NCBI GenBank assembly: GCA_945947915.1
Contig: CAMEZQ010000001.1
Span: 31,493 to 95,492 of the forward strand
Direction of reading: 5' to 3'
Length of the DNA stretch: 64,000 nucleotides
DNA from: an uncultured Clostridia bacterium
GTDB taxonomy: Bacteria; Bacillota; Clostridia; Oscillospirales; Butyricicoccaceae
Positions 1 to 8,063 of the stretch are shown here, piece after piece. Every line of letters starts with the position of its first letter. The first letter of the stretch is position 1. The notes under the pieces are model-generated. The model was given only the letters and a program-made list of their open reading frames with translations, did not search any database and was not told the DNA's origin. The translations under genes and the position numbers were made by a program.

Positions 1-933
1 GCGCTGCTGATCGGCAGACCGCTCATCGGCATGCTGCGGCGCATGAAATTCGGCCAGAAGATCCTGGAAGACGGTCCCACCTGGCATATGAACAAGCAGA
101 ATACGCCCACCATGGGCGGCCTGATCTTCATTCTGGCCATACTGGTGCCCGTGCTCGTCTGTCTGCCGGCCATGATCAGCACCGGTGAATACCGTCCGCT
201 GCTCATGCTGGCGCTGTCGCTGGTCTTCGGCGCCATCGGTTTCATTGACGACTACACCAAGATCAAAAAGAAGCAGAACAAGGGCCTGACGGCCGGACAG
301 AAGCTGCTGCTGCAGCTGGCCGCCGCGGCGCTTTTCATCACCGTCATGCGGGTGATGGGCTATCTGGAGCCGGTTTTGTACATCCCCTTTATCGCTCTTT
401 CCATCGACCTGCCCTGGATCGTTTATCTGCTCTTTGCCGTTTTCGTCATCGTCGGCTGTGACAATGCCGTCAATCTGACCGACGGCATCGACGGACTGTG
501 CGCCAGCGTCACGGCGGTGGTGGCCGCCTTCTTCACGGCGGTCTTCCTTTGGGCCGGCAGCCCGGCCCGCCTCTTTTCGGCGGCGCTGCTGGGCGGTCTG
601 CTGGGCTTTTTGTGCTTTAACCGTTTTCCGGCAAAAGTGTTTATGGGTGATACAGGCTCGCTCTTTCTGGGCGGCGCCGTCTGTGCCATGGCCTTTGCCT
701 GCAATATGCCGGTCATACTCATTCCGGTGGGCATCATATATATCGTCGAAACGCTGTCGGATATTATCCAGGTGGTCTATTTCAAGGCGACCCATGGCAA
801 GCGCTTCTTCAAAATGGCCCCCATCCATCATCATTTTGAAATGTGCGGCTGGAGCGAGCGCAAGATCGTCGCCGTTTTCAGCGCCGTCACCGTTCTGACC
901 TGCGTTCTGAGCTATATCGGCATTGTCCGGTAA
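1..933 (+). CDS. mraY: Phospho-N-acetylmuramoyl-pentapeptide transferase MraY (5' end outside window)
   Basis: Frame is open to the window edge. Polytopic protein with MraY motifs DNAVNLTDGIDGL, MGDTGSLFLGG and PIHHHFE. Confidence 0.93.
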   Translation, partial: ALLIGRPLIGMLRRMKFGQKILEDGPTWHMNKQNTPTMGGLIFILAILVPVLVCLPAMISTGEYRPLLMLALSLVFGAIGFIDDYTKIKKKQNKGLTAGQKLLLQLAAAALFITVMRVMGYLEPVLYIPFIALSIDLPWIVYLLFAVFVIVGCDNAVNLTDGIDGLCASVTAVVAAFFTAVFLWAGSPARLFSAALLGGLLGFLCFNRFPAKVFMGDTGSLFLGGAVCAMAFACNMPVILIPVGIIYIVETLSDIIQVVYFKATHGKRFFKMAPIHHHFEMCGWSERKIVAVFSAVTVLTCVLSYIGIVR

Positions 934-969
934 GCGGCGCGGGGGTTCTGTTTGCCCGGAGGTGTTTCC

Positions 970-2142
970 ATGGCTGTCCTGCATAAAGATACCGAGGTCC
1001 GCAGCCGCGAGATCCTCGAAAAACCCAAAAAAAAGTTTTCGGGCATTGACGAACCCTTCACCGTTCTGGTGCTTCTTCTGCTGCTCATCGGTCTGGTCTG
1101 CCTGTATTCGGCCAGTTATGTGACAGCCCTGCACAAGACGGGAGATTCCACTGCCTATATTGTCAAGCAGCTCAAATTCGCGCTGGCCGGCGTCGCGGTC
1201 ATGTTTGCCGCTTCCCGGTTTGATTATCATAAACTGCATTATCTGGCCATACCGATGATGGTGCTCTCCACGGCGCTGCTGGCCTCCATCAAAATCGTGC
1301 CCGCCATCTGGGAGACACGCAACCAGGCTACCCGATGGATCAATCTGGGAGTGTCCTTTCAGCCCTCCGAGATCACCAAGTTTGCCTTTATCCTCTTTTT
1401 TGCCAGCTGGGCCACCATTCAGGGGACCAAGAAGATGAAGCGCTTCCAGTACGGCATCCTGCCTTTTGCGATCTGCACGGGCGTCACGGCCATCATGCTC
1501 AGCTGGCAGCCCCATCTGTCGGCCACTGTCACCATCGCCGGCATCGGCGCCGTCATCGTCTTTCTGGGCGGCGCCAGCGTGTTCTGGTTCGTGCTGATGG
1601 GTTTTGGCGGCGCGGGGCTGGTGTGGTATTATCTCCAGACCCATCCTTACGCATGGACCCGCATCCAGGTTTGGCTCGACCCGTTCATCGATTTTCGGGA
1701 TAAGGGCTGGCAGGGGGCGCAGTCGCTGATCACCATCGCCAGCGGCGGCATCTGGGGCCTGGGCCTGGGGCAGGGCCGGCAGAAGCATCTGTATCTGCCG
1801 GAGCCGGCCAACGACTTTATCTTTTCGGTCATCTGCGAGGAGCTGGGCTTCGTCGGCGCGGCCGTCATCCTGCTGCTCTTTGCCGCACTGATCCTGCGCG
1901 GCTACTACATCGCTTCCAAGGCGCCGGATAAATTCGGCACGCTGCTGGTGGCCGGCATCATTTCGCAGATCGCCATTCAGACCATCTTCAACATCGGCGT
2001 CGTTTCGGGCCTGCTGCCGGTCACCGGCGCGTCCCTGCCCTTCTTCAGCTACGGCGGCACCTCGCTGCTGATGCTGCTGGGCGAAATGGGCATCGTGCTG
2101 GCCGTTTCCCGGCGCATCCCGCCCGACGACAAAAAGAAATAA
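970..2142 (+). CDS. ftsW: SEDS-family cell division/peptidoglycan polymerase FtsW/SpoVE
   Basis: Multi-TM protein with PSEITKF and LPVTGASLPFFSYGGTS. ATG at 970 lies 8 nt after GGAGG (957-961); the ORF-track start at 952 is a TTG. Confidence 0.9.
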   Translation: MAVLHKDTEVRSREILEKPKKKFSGIDEPFTVLVLLLLLIGLVCLYSASYVTALHKTGDSTAYIVKQLKFALAGVAVMFAASRFDYHKLHYLAIPMMVLSTALLASIKIVPAIWETRNQATRWINLGVSFQPSEITKFAFILFFASWATIQGTKKMKRFQYGILPFAICTGVTAIMLSWQPHLSATVTIAGIGAVIVFLGGASVFWFVLMGFGGAGLVWYYLQTHPYAWTRIQVWLDPFIDFRDKGWQGAQSLITIASGGIWGLGLGQGRQKHLYLPEPANDFIFSVICEELGFVGAAVILLLFAALILRGYYIASKAPDKFGTLLVAGIISQIAIQTIFNIGVVSGLLPVTGASLPFFSYGGTSLLMLLGEMGIVLAVSRRIPPDDKKK

Positions 2143-2161
2143 GCTGCGAGGGGAGAGAGCT

Positions 2162-3277
2162 ATGAAGATCATTTTTGCCGGCGGCGGCACGGCGGGGCAC
2201 GTCAACCCGGCACTGGCCATCGCCGATTATATGAAAAAGAAAGATCCCGGCTGCGCCATCGCCTTTTCGGGCGGCACTGGCGGCATTGAGGAACGGCTGG
2301 TGGGCCGGGCCGGCTATCCCATTTATACATTTCCGCTGTCGGGTCTGTCGCGCAGCATGAGTCCTGCCGGCCTGCGCAGGAATATCGGCGCCGTGAAAAA
2401 TACAGTTTCGGCCATTTCGGCGGCCAAAAAGATCATTCGCCAGCAGAAGCCCGATATCGTGGTGGGCACCGGCGGCTACGCCTGTTTTCCCATGGTCTAT
2501 GCGGCGCACCTCTGTGGCGTCCGCACGGCCATGCTGGAGGTCAACGCCACCCCCGGCGTCGCCCTGCGCCAGCTGGCCAAAAAGGCCGACTGCGTCATGG
2601 TCAGCTTTGAAGAAACGGCTGCCTTTTTCAAAGACACAAAAAAAGTGGTCTACACCGGCAGCCCCGTGCGGCAGGAGCTGATCGACGGGGTGGGCAAGCC
2701 TCACGCCAAACTCTTTGACAACGACAAGCCCACGGTGCTGTGTTTCTGGGGCTCGGTGGGCGCCATGTATATGAACAAAAAGATGGAGGAATTCGTCAGC
2801 CTGCTGGCGGAAGACGGCAGCTTCAACCTGATCCAGGCCGCCGGCCGGGCCAACTATCAGTGGATGCCCGGTGAGATCCGCGACCGCGGCGTTGATCTGG
2901 ACCACTGCGGGAATATCCGTCTGACCGAATATATTTACGATATGGCCGATGTGATGAATGCCAGCGACCTGGTCATCTGCCGGGCCGGCGCCAGCACACT
3001 GGCCGAGGTCTGTGCCTGCGGCAAGCCTTCCCTCATTGTACCTTCGCCCTATGTGGCCGACAATCACCAGGAGAAAAACGCCCGGGCGCTGGAGCGTGCC
3101 GGGGCGGCGGTGGTCGCGCTGGAGCAGGAGGTGGACGGCGCCGGGCTGTTCCGGCAGGCCAAGGCGCTGCTGGACGACCGTGCCGCGCTGGCCGAGATGG
3201 GCCGCAGGGCCCGGAGCCTGGCAAAATACGACGCCCTCGACCGGATTTACGCGGCCATCGTCGATACGGTGGGATAA
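2162..3277 (+). CDS. murG: UDP-GlcNAc:lipid I N-acetylglucosaminyltransferase MurG
   Basis: N-terminal G-loop GGGTAGHVNPALA, GT28 length (371 aa), and position after ftsW. Confidence 0.92.
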   Translation: MKIIFAGGGTAGHVNPALAIADYMKKKDPGCAIAFSGGTGGIEERLVGRAGYPIYTFPLSGLSRSMSPAGLRRNIGAVKNTVSAISAAKKIIRQQKPDIVVGTGGYACFPMVYAAHLCGVRTAMLEVNATPGVALRQLAKKADCVMVSFEETAAFFKDTKKVVYTGSPVRQELIDGVGKPHAKLFDNDKPTVLCFWGSVGAMYMNKKMEEFVSLLAEDGSFNLIQAAGRANYQWMPGEIRDRGVDLDHCGNIRLTEYIYDMADVMNASDLVICRAGASTLAEVCACGKPSLIVPSPYVADNHQEKNARALERAGAAVVALEQEVDGAGLFRQAKALLDDRAALAEMGRRARSLAKYDALDRIYAAIVDTVG

Positions 3278-3382
3278 AGGCGCTTTTATCCGCACGGTGC
3301 ATGCACCATAATGTCTGTTCTTTCATAGAATGTCGTAGCCTTTGAAGCTTGCTTAGGCAATCGAGCGAAAGGACGGATCGTC

Positions 3383-4663
3383 ATGGGTCTATTGAAGATA
3401 CGGGGCGGCAGGCCCCTGGAAGGCACGGTGGAGATCAACGGCGCCAAGAACAGCGTACTGCCCATTCTGGCCGCCACGCTGATCAACGGCGGCGTCAACG
3501 TGCTGCATAACTGTCCCGACCTGCGGGACGTGGCTTCGGCCATCCAGATCCTGGAGCATCTGGGCTGCAGGGTCAGCCGGGAGGGAAAGACGGTCATTGT
3601 CGATTCTTCGGTGGTCGACCGCTGCGATGTGCCCGACCGGCTGATGCGGGAAATGCGATCGTCGGTCATCTTTCTCGGCCCCATCATTGCCCGGTGCGGC
3701 GAGGCGCTGCTGCATACGCCGGGAGGCTGCGAACTCGGTCCGCGGCCCATCGACCTGCATCTCGACGCGCTGACCCGGCTGGGCGTATCCATACGCCGGG
3801 AGGGCGGGGCCATCCGGTGCAAGGCCGGCGACATGCGGGGGCGAGATATCCTGCTGGCTTTTCCCAGCGTCGGCGCCACCGAAAATATCATGCTGGCCGC
3901 CACGGCGTGCCGGGGCGTCACCCGCATCATCAACGCGGCGCGGGAGCCGGAGATCGAAGATCTGCAGCAGTTTCTGCGCAAGACGGGCGCCGCCTGCCGC
4001 GGCGCCGGTGAAAGCGAGATCACGGTCACGGGCGGGCCCACGGCCTTCGATACTGAACACCGCATCATGCCCGACCGCATTGAGGCGGCTACCTATCTGT
4101 GCGCGGCGGCGGCAGCCGGCGGGGATCTGACCCTGCGGAACTGCCAGCCGGCCCATTTTGGGACAGTCATTGAAAAGCTTTCCGACGGCGGCGCCGAGAT
4201 CACCGCCCGGGGCCGTACGGTGCGCATCCGCGTCCGGGAGCGGCTGCGGGCCATGCCGCTGGTGCGCACCATGCCCTATCCGGGCTTTCCCACCGACGGG
4301 CAGTCTCAGCTGATGGCGGCCGCCTGTACGGCAGCCGGAACGACGGTCTTTCAGGAGAGCATTTTTGAAAACCGCTACCGCCATGTGGGCGAGCTGGAGC
4401 GCATGGGGGCCAGGATCCGGGTCAGCGGGCGCATTGCCGTCGTCGACGGCGTCGAGCGTCTCCACGGCGCGCAGATGCAGGCCACCGACCTGCGGGGCGG
4501 CGCCGCTATGGTCATCGCGGCGCTGGCAGCCGAAGGGGAAAGCACCATCGGGGCCATCGAACATATCGACCGCGGCTACGAACATATCGAACGGGTGCTT
4601 TCCGGCGTCGGCGGTCAGATCGAGCGCGTCCGGCGGGAAGCGCCGGAAAAGAACGATACATAA
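3383..4663 (+). CDS. murA: UDP-N-acetylglucosamine 1-carboxyvinyltransferase MurA
   Basis: Active-site Cys loop TPGGCELGPRPIDLH, start MGLLKIRGGRPLEGTVEINGAKNS, 426 aa. Confidence 0.93.
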   Translation: MGLLKIRGGRPLEGTVEINGAKNSVLPILAATLINGGVNVLHNCPDLRDVASAIQILEHLGCRVSREGKTVIVDSSVVDRCDVPDRLMREMRSSVIFLGPIIARCGEALLHTPGGCELGPRPIDLHLDALTRLGVSIRREGGAIRCKAGDMRGRDILLAFPSVGATENIMLAATACRGVTRIINAAREPEIEDLQQFLRKTGAACRGAGESEITVTGGPTAFDTEHRIMPDRIEAATYLCAAAAAGGDLTLRNCQPAHFGTVIEKLSDGGAEITARGRTVRIRVRERLRAMPLVRTMPYPGFPTDGQSQLMAAACTAAGTTVFQESIFENRYRHVGELERMGARIRVSGRIAVVDGVERLHGAQMQATDLRGGAAMVIAALAAEGESTIGAIEHIDRGYEHIERVLSGVGGQIERVRREAPEKNDT

Positions 4664-4692
4664 CAGGAAGTAAAACGATCGGGTGATTTGAA

Positions 4693-5469
4693 TTGAGCAG
4701 ACCCAGGCCATACAAACAGGCAAAGCGGAATCGAAGGCGCAGAAAGCGAAGCTTCAGCTTCGTCGTGTCTTTTATTTGCTTTGCCCTGGTTTTGGCCGCG
4801 CTGGTTTCGGCCGCTGTCATCTTTTTCAAGATCGGCACGGTGGATGTGGTGGGGGAGAGCCGCTACAGCGCCCAGGAGATCATCGATGCCTCCGGGCTGC
4901 AGACCGGGCAGAGCATGTTTCTGTTCAATAAATTTGCCAGCATCAGCCGCATCTTTTCCGCCTGTCCGTATATCGACACCGTGCAGATGCGGCGGACGCT
5001 GCCCGACCGGATCGAGATCCTGGTGACGCCCTGCCAGCCTGCGGCGGTGATTCTGAGCGAAGGCGCCCGGTATATCATCGACGGCGGCGGGAAAATTCTG
5101 GAAAAGACAGATGAAGCCGGCGCTTCCGGCCTGCCGCAGGTGACCGGCGGGGTCCTGACATCGCCGGAAGTGGGAAAAAGGGCGGAATTTTTTGAAGAGG
5201 AAAGCGCAAAAGCCCTTTTTTCTGTATTGAATACCGCAAAAAACAATGATATACTAAATGATATAGGTGACATCGACATCTCAAAAGTATACGACATCCA
5301 ATTTGAATATATGGGCAGGTTTACCGTCCGGATCGGGTCGGCCGATGATATTGAGCGCAAGTTCAAGTTCGTTGCCGCCGTCATCGAGGCACTGGGAGAA
5401 CGCGAAAGCGGCGTCATCGATGTGTCCGACGGGCAGACGGGCTATTTCAGCCAGGGAAAAGTGAAATAA
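4693..5469 (+). CDS. ftsQ: Cell division protein FtsQ/DivIB
   Basis: Arg/Lys-rich N-tail, single TM (FSFVVSFICFALVLAALVSAAVIFF), POTRA-like region. Sits immediately upstream of ftsZ. The start is a TTG, so the 5' end is uncertain. Confidence 0.8.
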   Translation: MSRPRPYKQAKRNRRRRKRSFSFVVSFICFALVLAALVSAAVIFFKIGTVDVVGESRYSAQEIIDASGLQTGQSMFLFNKFASISRIFSACPYIDTVQMRRTLPDRIEILVTPCQPAAVILSEGARYIIDGGGKILEKTDEAGASGLPQVTGGVLTSPEVGKRAEFFEEESAKALFSVLNTAKNNDILNDIGDIDISKVYDIQFEYMGRFTVRIGSADDIERKFKFVAAVIEALGERESGVIDVSDGQTGYFSQGKVK

Positions 5470-5487
5470 TAATTTTGGAGGAAGATT

Positions 5488-6624
5488 ATGGGCTTCGCAA
5501 TTGAGACCGGTGAGGAAACCGGTGTTGTTATCAAAGTTATCGGCGTCGGCGGCGGCGGCGGCAACGCGGTCAACCGCATGGTCAATTCCGGGATCCACGG
5601 CGTGGATTTTATCGCAGTCAATACAGACAAGCAGGCGCTGAAGTTTTCGGCGGCTGACGTCAAGCTGCAGGTGGGCGAGAAGCTGACCGGCGGCCGCGGC
5701 GCCGGCTCCAAGCCGGAGATCGGCGAAAAGGCCGCCCGCGAGAGCGAGGATCAGATCCGCGAGCTGCTCAACGGCGCCAATATGGTCTTTATCACGGCCG
5801 GCATGGGCGGCGGCACGGGCACCGGCGGCGCGCCGGTCATCGCCGAGATCGCCAAGCAGATGGGGATTCTGACCATCGGCATCGTCACACGGCCTTTCTC
5901 CTGGGAAGGCAAAAAGCGCATCGAGCAGGCGTCGGCCGGCATCGAGGCTCTGAAAGAAAAGGTGGACGCGCTGGTCATCATTCCCAACGAGCGCCTCAAG
6001 CTGGTCAGCGAGCAGAAGGTCACGCTGAAAAATGCCTTTGAGATTGCCGACAGCGTTCTGCTGCAGGGCGTCCAGAGCATCAGTGAGCTGATCACCGTGC
6101 CCGGCATCATCAATCTGGACTTTGCCGATATTTCCACCGTCATGACCGACGCCGGCTATGCCCATATGGGCACAGGCCGCGCCTCCGGCAAGGAAAAGGC
6201 CGTGGAGGCCGCCAAGATGGCCATTCGCAGCCCGCTGCTGGAAACATCCATCGATGGCGCCAAGCGCGTGATCATCAACTTTACATGTTCGGAAGACATC
6301 AGCCTGGAAGAAGTGGAAGATGCCGCCGCCATGGTCCAGCAGGCAGCCCACCCCGACGTACATATCATTTGGGGCGCCGCCATCGACGATACCCTGGAGG
6401 ATGAAGTGCGTCTGAGCATTATTGCCACCGGCTTCGATACCGAGCCGCCCAAGGCGCCGGCCGCACCCAAACCGGCGGAAGCCGCCGTCGGAGAACGGGC
6501 TTTTTCCGAGGCACAGGCCAAGGCTGCGCAGGAACAGCCTGCAGCGGAGTCCAAAAAGAAAGATGAGGAGTTTGACGAGACCATCGACGTTCTCCTCAAG
6601 ATTTTCGACAGGGATAAGCACTAA
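5488..6624 (+). CDS. ftsZ: Cell division GTPase FtsZ
   Basis: Tubulin signature [20 protein letters not shown], disordered linker and conserved C-terminal peptide (IDVLLKIF). Confidence 0.97.
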   Translation: MGFAIETGEETGVVIKVIGVGGGGGNAVNRMVNSGIHGVDFIAVNTDKQALKFSAADVKLQVGEKLTGGRGAGSKPEIGEKAARESEDQIRELLNGANMVFITAGMGGGTGTGGAPVIAEIAKQMGILTIGIVTRPFSWEGKKRIEQASAGIEALKEKVDALVIIPNERLKLVSEQKVTLKNAFEIADSVLLQGVQSISELITVPGIINLDFADISTVMTDAGYAHMGTGRASGKEKAVEAAKMAIRSPLLETSIDGAKRVIINFTCSEDISLEEVEDAAAMVQQAAHPDVHIIWGAAIDDTLEDEVRLSIIATGFDTEPPKAPAAPKPAEAAVGERAFSEAQAKAAQEQPAAESKKKDEEFDETIDVLLKIFDRDKH

Positions 6625-6644
6625 AGTCGGGAATGTCATATTTT

Positions 6645-6680
6645 ATCCGCCGCAGGCACAGCCAGCGGCGGATATTTTTA
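6645..6680 (+). terminator. Putative intrinsic terminator/attenuator after ftsZ
   Basis: Stem ATCCGCCGC (6645-6653) pairs with GCGGCGGAT (6665-6673), 11-nt loop, followed by ATTTTTA. It ends only 22 nt before the next ATG. Confidence 0.5.
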
Positions 6681-6702
6681 ACAATGGGAGGGGAGAAGAA
6701 TC

Positions 6703-7920
6703 ATGGAGAAGAGAAAGCTGACATTGGATATTGAGGCTCGCCTGGGCAGCCAGACGGCCGACTGGAAGCTGGAAGACGGCGAGAATCTGACCTTTGGCAA
6801 AGTGTTCTCCCTACTGCTGGAGCAGCAGGGCCTGACCCGGTCGCAGCTGGCCGACCGCATGTCTGAAAGCCCGTTCAACCGGGACGAGGCCGGGGAGATC
6901 CGCGCCAAGCGCGGCTCTCTGGTGGATAAGCTGAAACGCTGGGCAGACGACCGGGCCATCCCCGATGACCGCGGAGAGCTTTTTCAGATCTGTATCCTGA
7001 TGGGGCTGCGCACCGAAGACGCGCGGCGGCTGTTTGAGCGCGGGCTGATGGCCTCCTGGGTGCATAAGGCCAACCGCGACGAGCTGATCTATCTTTTCTG
7101 CCTGGATTACGGGATGGATATCCATACGGCTTACGGGCTGATCCGGGACACCGACTTTCCGGAAATGCCGGCATCGCCCGACACGGAGGACGATTTGCCG
7201 CCGCAGACCATCACGCGGCAGGTGGGCGACGCCTACGAAGCGCTGCGGCAGCTGCTTCGCGGCATTGCGCCGGACAAGCGCGTGGCCTGCTTCAAAGAGT
7301 TTCTCCAGCGCAGCGAGGGGCTGTTTCACACCACGCGCCAGAAGCGCATGCGCATTTTCCGGGAATATTTCGAGAGTTACCGGAAGACTCACGCAACGGA
7401 GTGGGATACGGACGAAGCTGATCTGGACGGCACACCCATCGTCCGGGAGAAGATGGCCAGCATCATCAGCTTTGCCGACGATCTGCGTCTGATGCGGGTC
7501 CCCGACGCCGCCGACCTGCAGAACCTGCAAAGCGCCGAGGAACGACGGCAGATGAGCAGCCGCAAGCGCATCGCCAAACTGATCAACGACAATAAGCGGG
7601 GAGATGCCAACCCCATACGAAAAGTCATCCCCCGCTATCTTTCGGGAGAAAAAGATATCCCCAGGGATATTTTCATCAAAACCTATATCCTTTGCGAAGC
7701 CTGGCCGGATTATTACGACCTGTGCAGCCGCCTGCAGGAGGCCGGGTATCCCGATATTTATGTGCGCGCCGCCGACGGCTTCGATGCGCTGGTCTATCAT
7801 ATTTATGTGGCCAACGAAGCCATCGGCGCCGATTACGAAGCGGCCTATGAAGAGCAGGTCACCGAACTGATGACCGAGCTGCGCCAACGGCTGGACAGCG
7901 GCCAAACGCCCCGACTTTAA
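6703..7920 (+). CDS. Hypothetical protein with N-terminal HTH-like segment (405 aa)
   Basis: SD GGGAGGGGAG lies upstream of the ATG and codon usage is GC3-rich. The segment FGKVFSLLLEQQGLTRSQLADRMS resembles an XRE-type helix-turn-helix. The rest is helical with no motif I recognise. Confidence 0.75.
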   Translation: MEKRKLTLDIEARLGSQTADWKLEDGENLTFGKVFSLLLEQQGLTRSQLADRMSESPFNRDEAGEIRAKRGSLVDKLKRWADDRAIPDDRGELFQICILMGLRTEDARRLFERGLMASWVHKANRDELIYLFCLDYGMDIHTAYGLIRDTDFPEMPASPDTEDDLPPQTITRQVGDAYEALRQLLRGIAPDKRVACFKEFLQRSEGLFHTTRQKRMRIFREYFESYRKTHATEWDTDEADLDGTPIVREKMASIISFADDLRLMRVPDAADLQNLQSAEERRQMSSRKRIAKLINDNKRGDANPIRKVIPRYLSGEKDIPRDIFIKTYILCEAWPDYYDLCSRLQEAGYPDIYVRAADGFDALVYHIYVANEAIGADYEAAYEEQVTELMTELRQRLDSGQTPRL

Positions 7921-8063
7921 AACTCCGGCCGGCCGATGTCCCTGGCGGCGCGGCGGGGTATAATCAAACCGTGAAACCCAATCGAATCTCACGGAGGCGA
8001 GCGAAATGAAAGCCAGATACAGCCCAATACGAAGAAGTTACAGGAGCGTGGGGAGGTGCGGCC

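Noticed and set aside
2045-6639. Long minus-strand ORFs (416, 264, 444 and 452 aa) antisense to murG, murA and ftsZ.
   Set aside because: They mirror genes whose identity is unambiguous. The translations are Arg/Gly/Ala/Pro-rich low-complexity sequence with no motifs. These are the classic stop-poor antisense frames of a GC3-rich genome.
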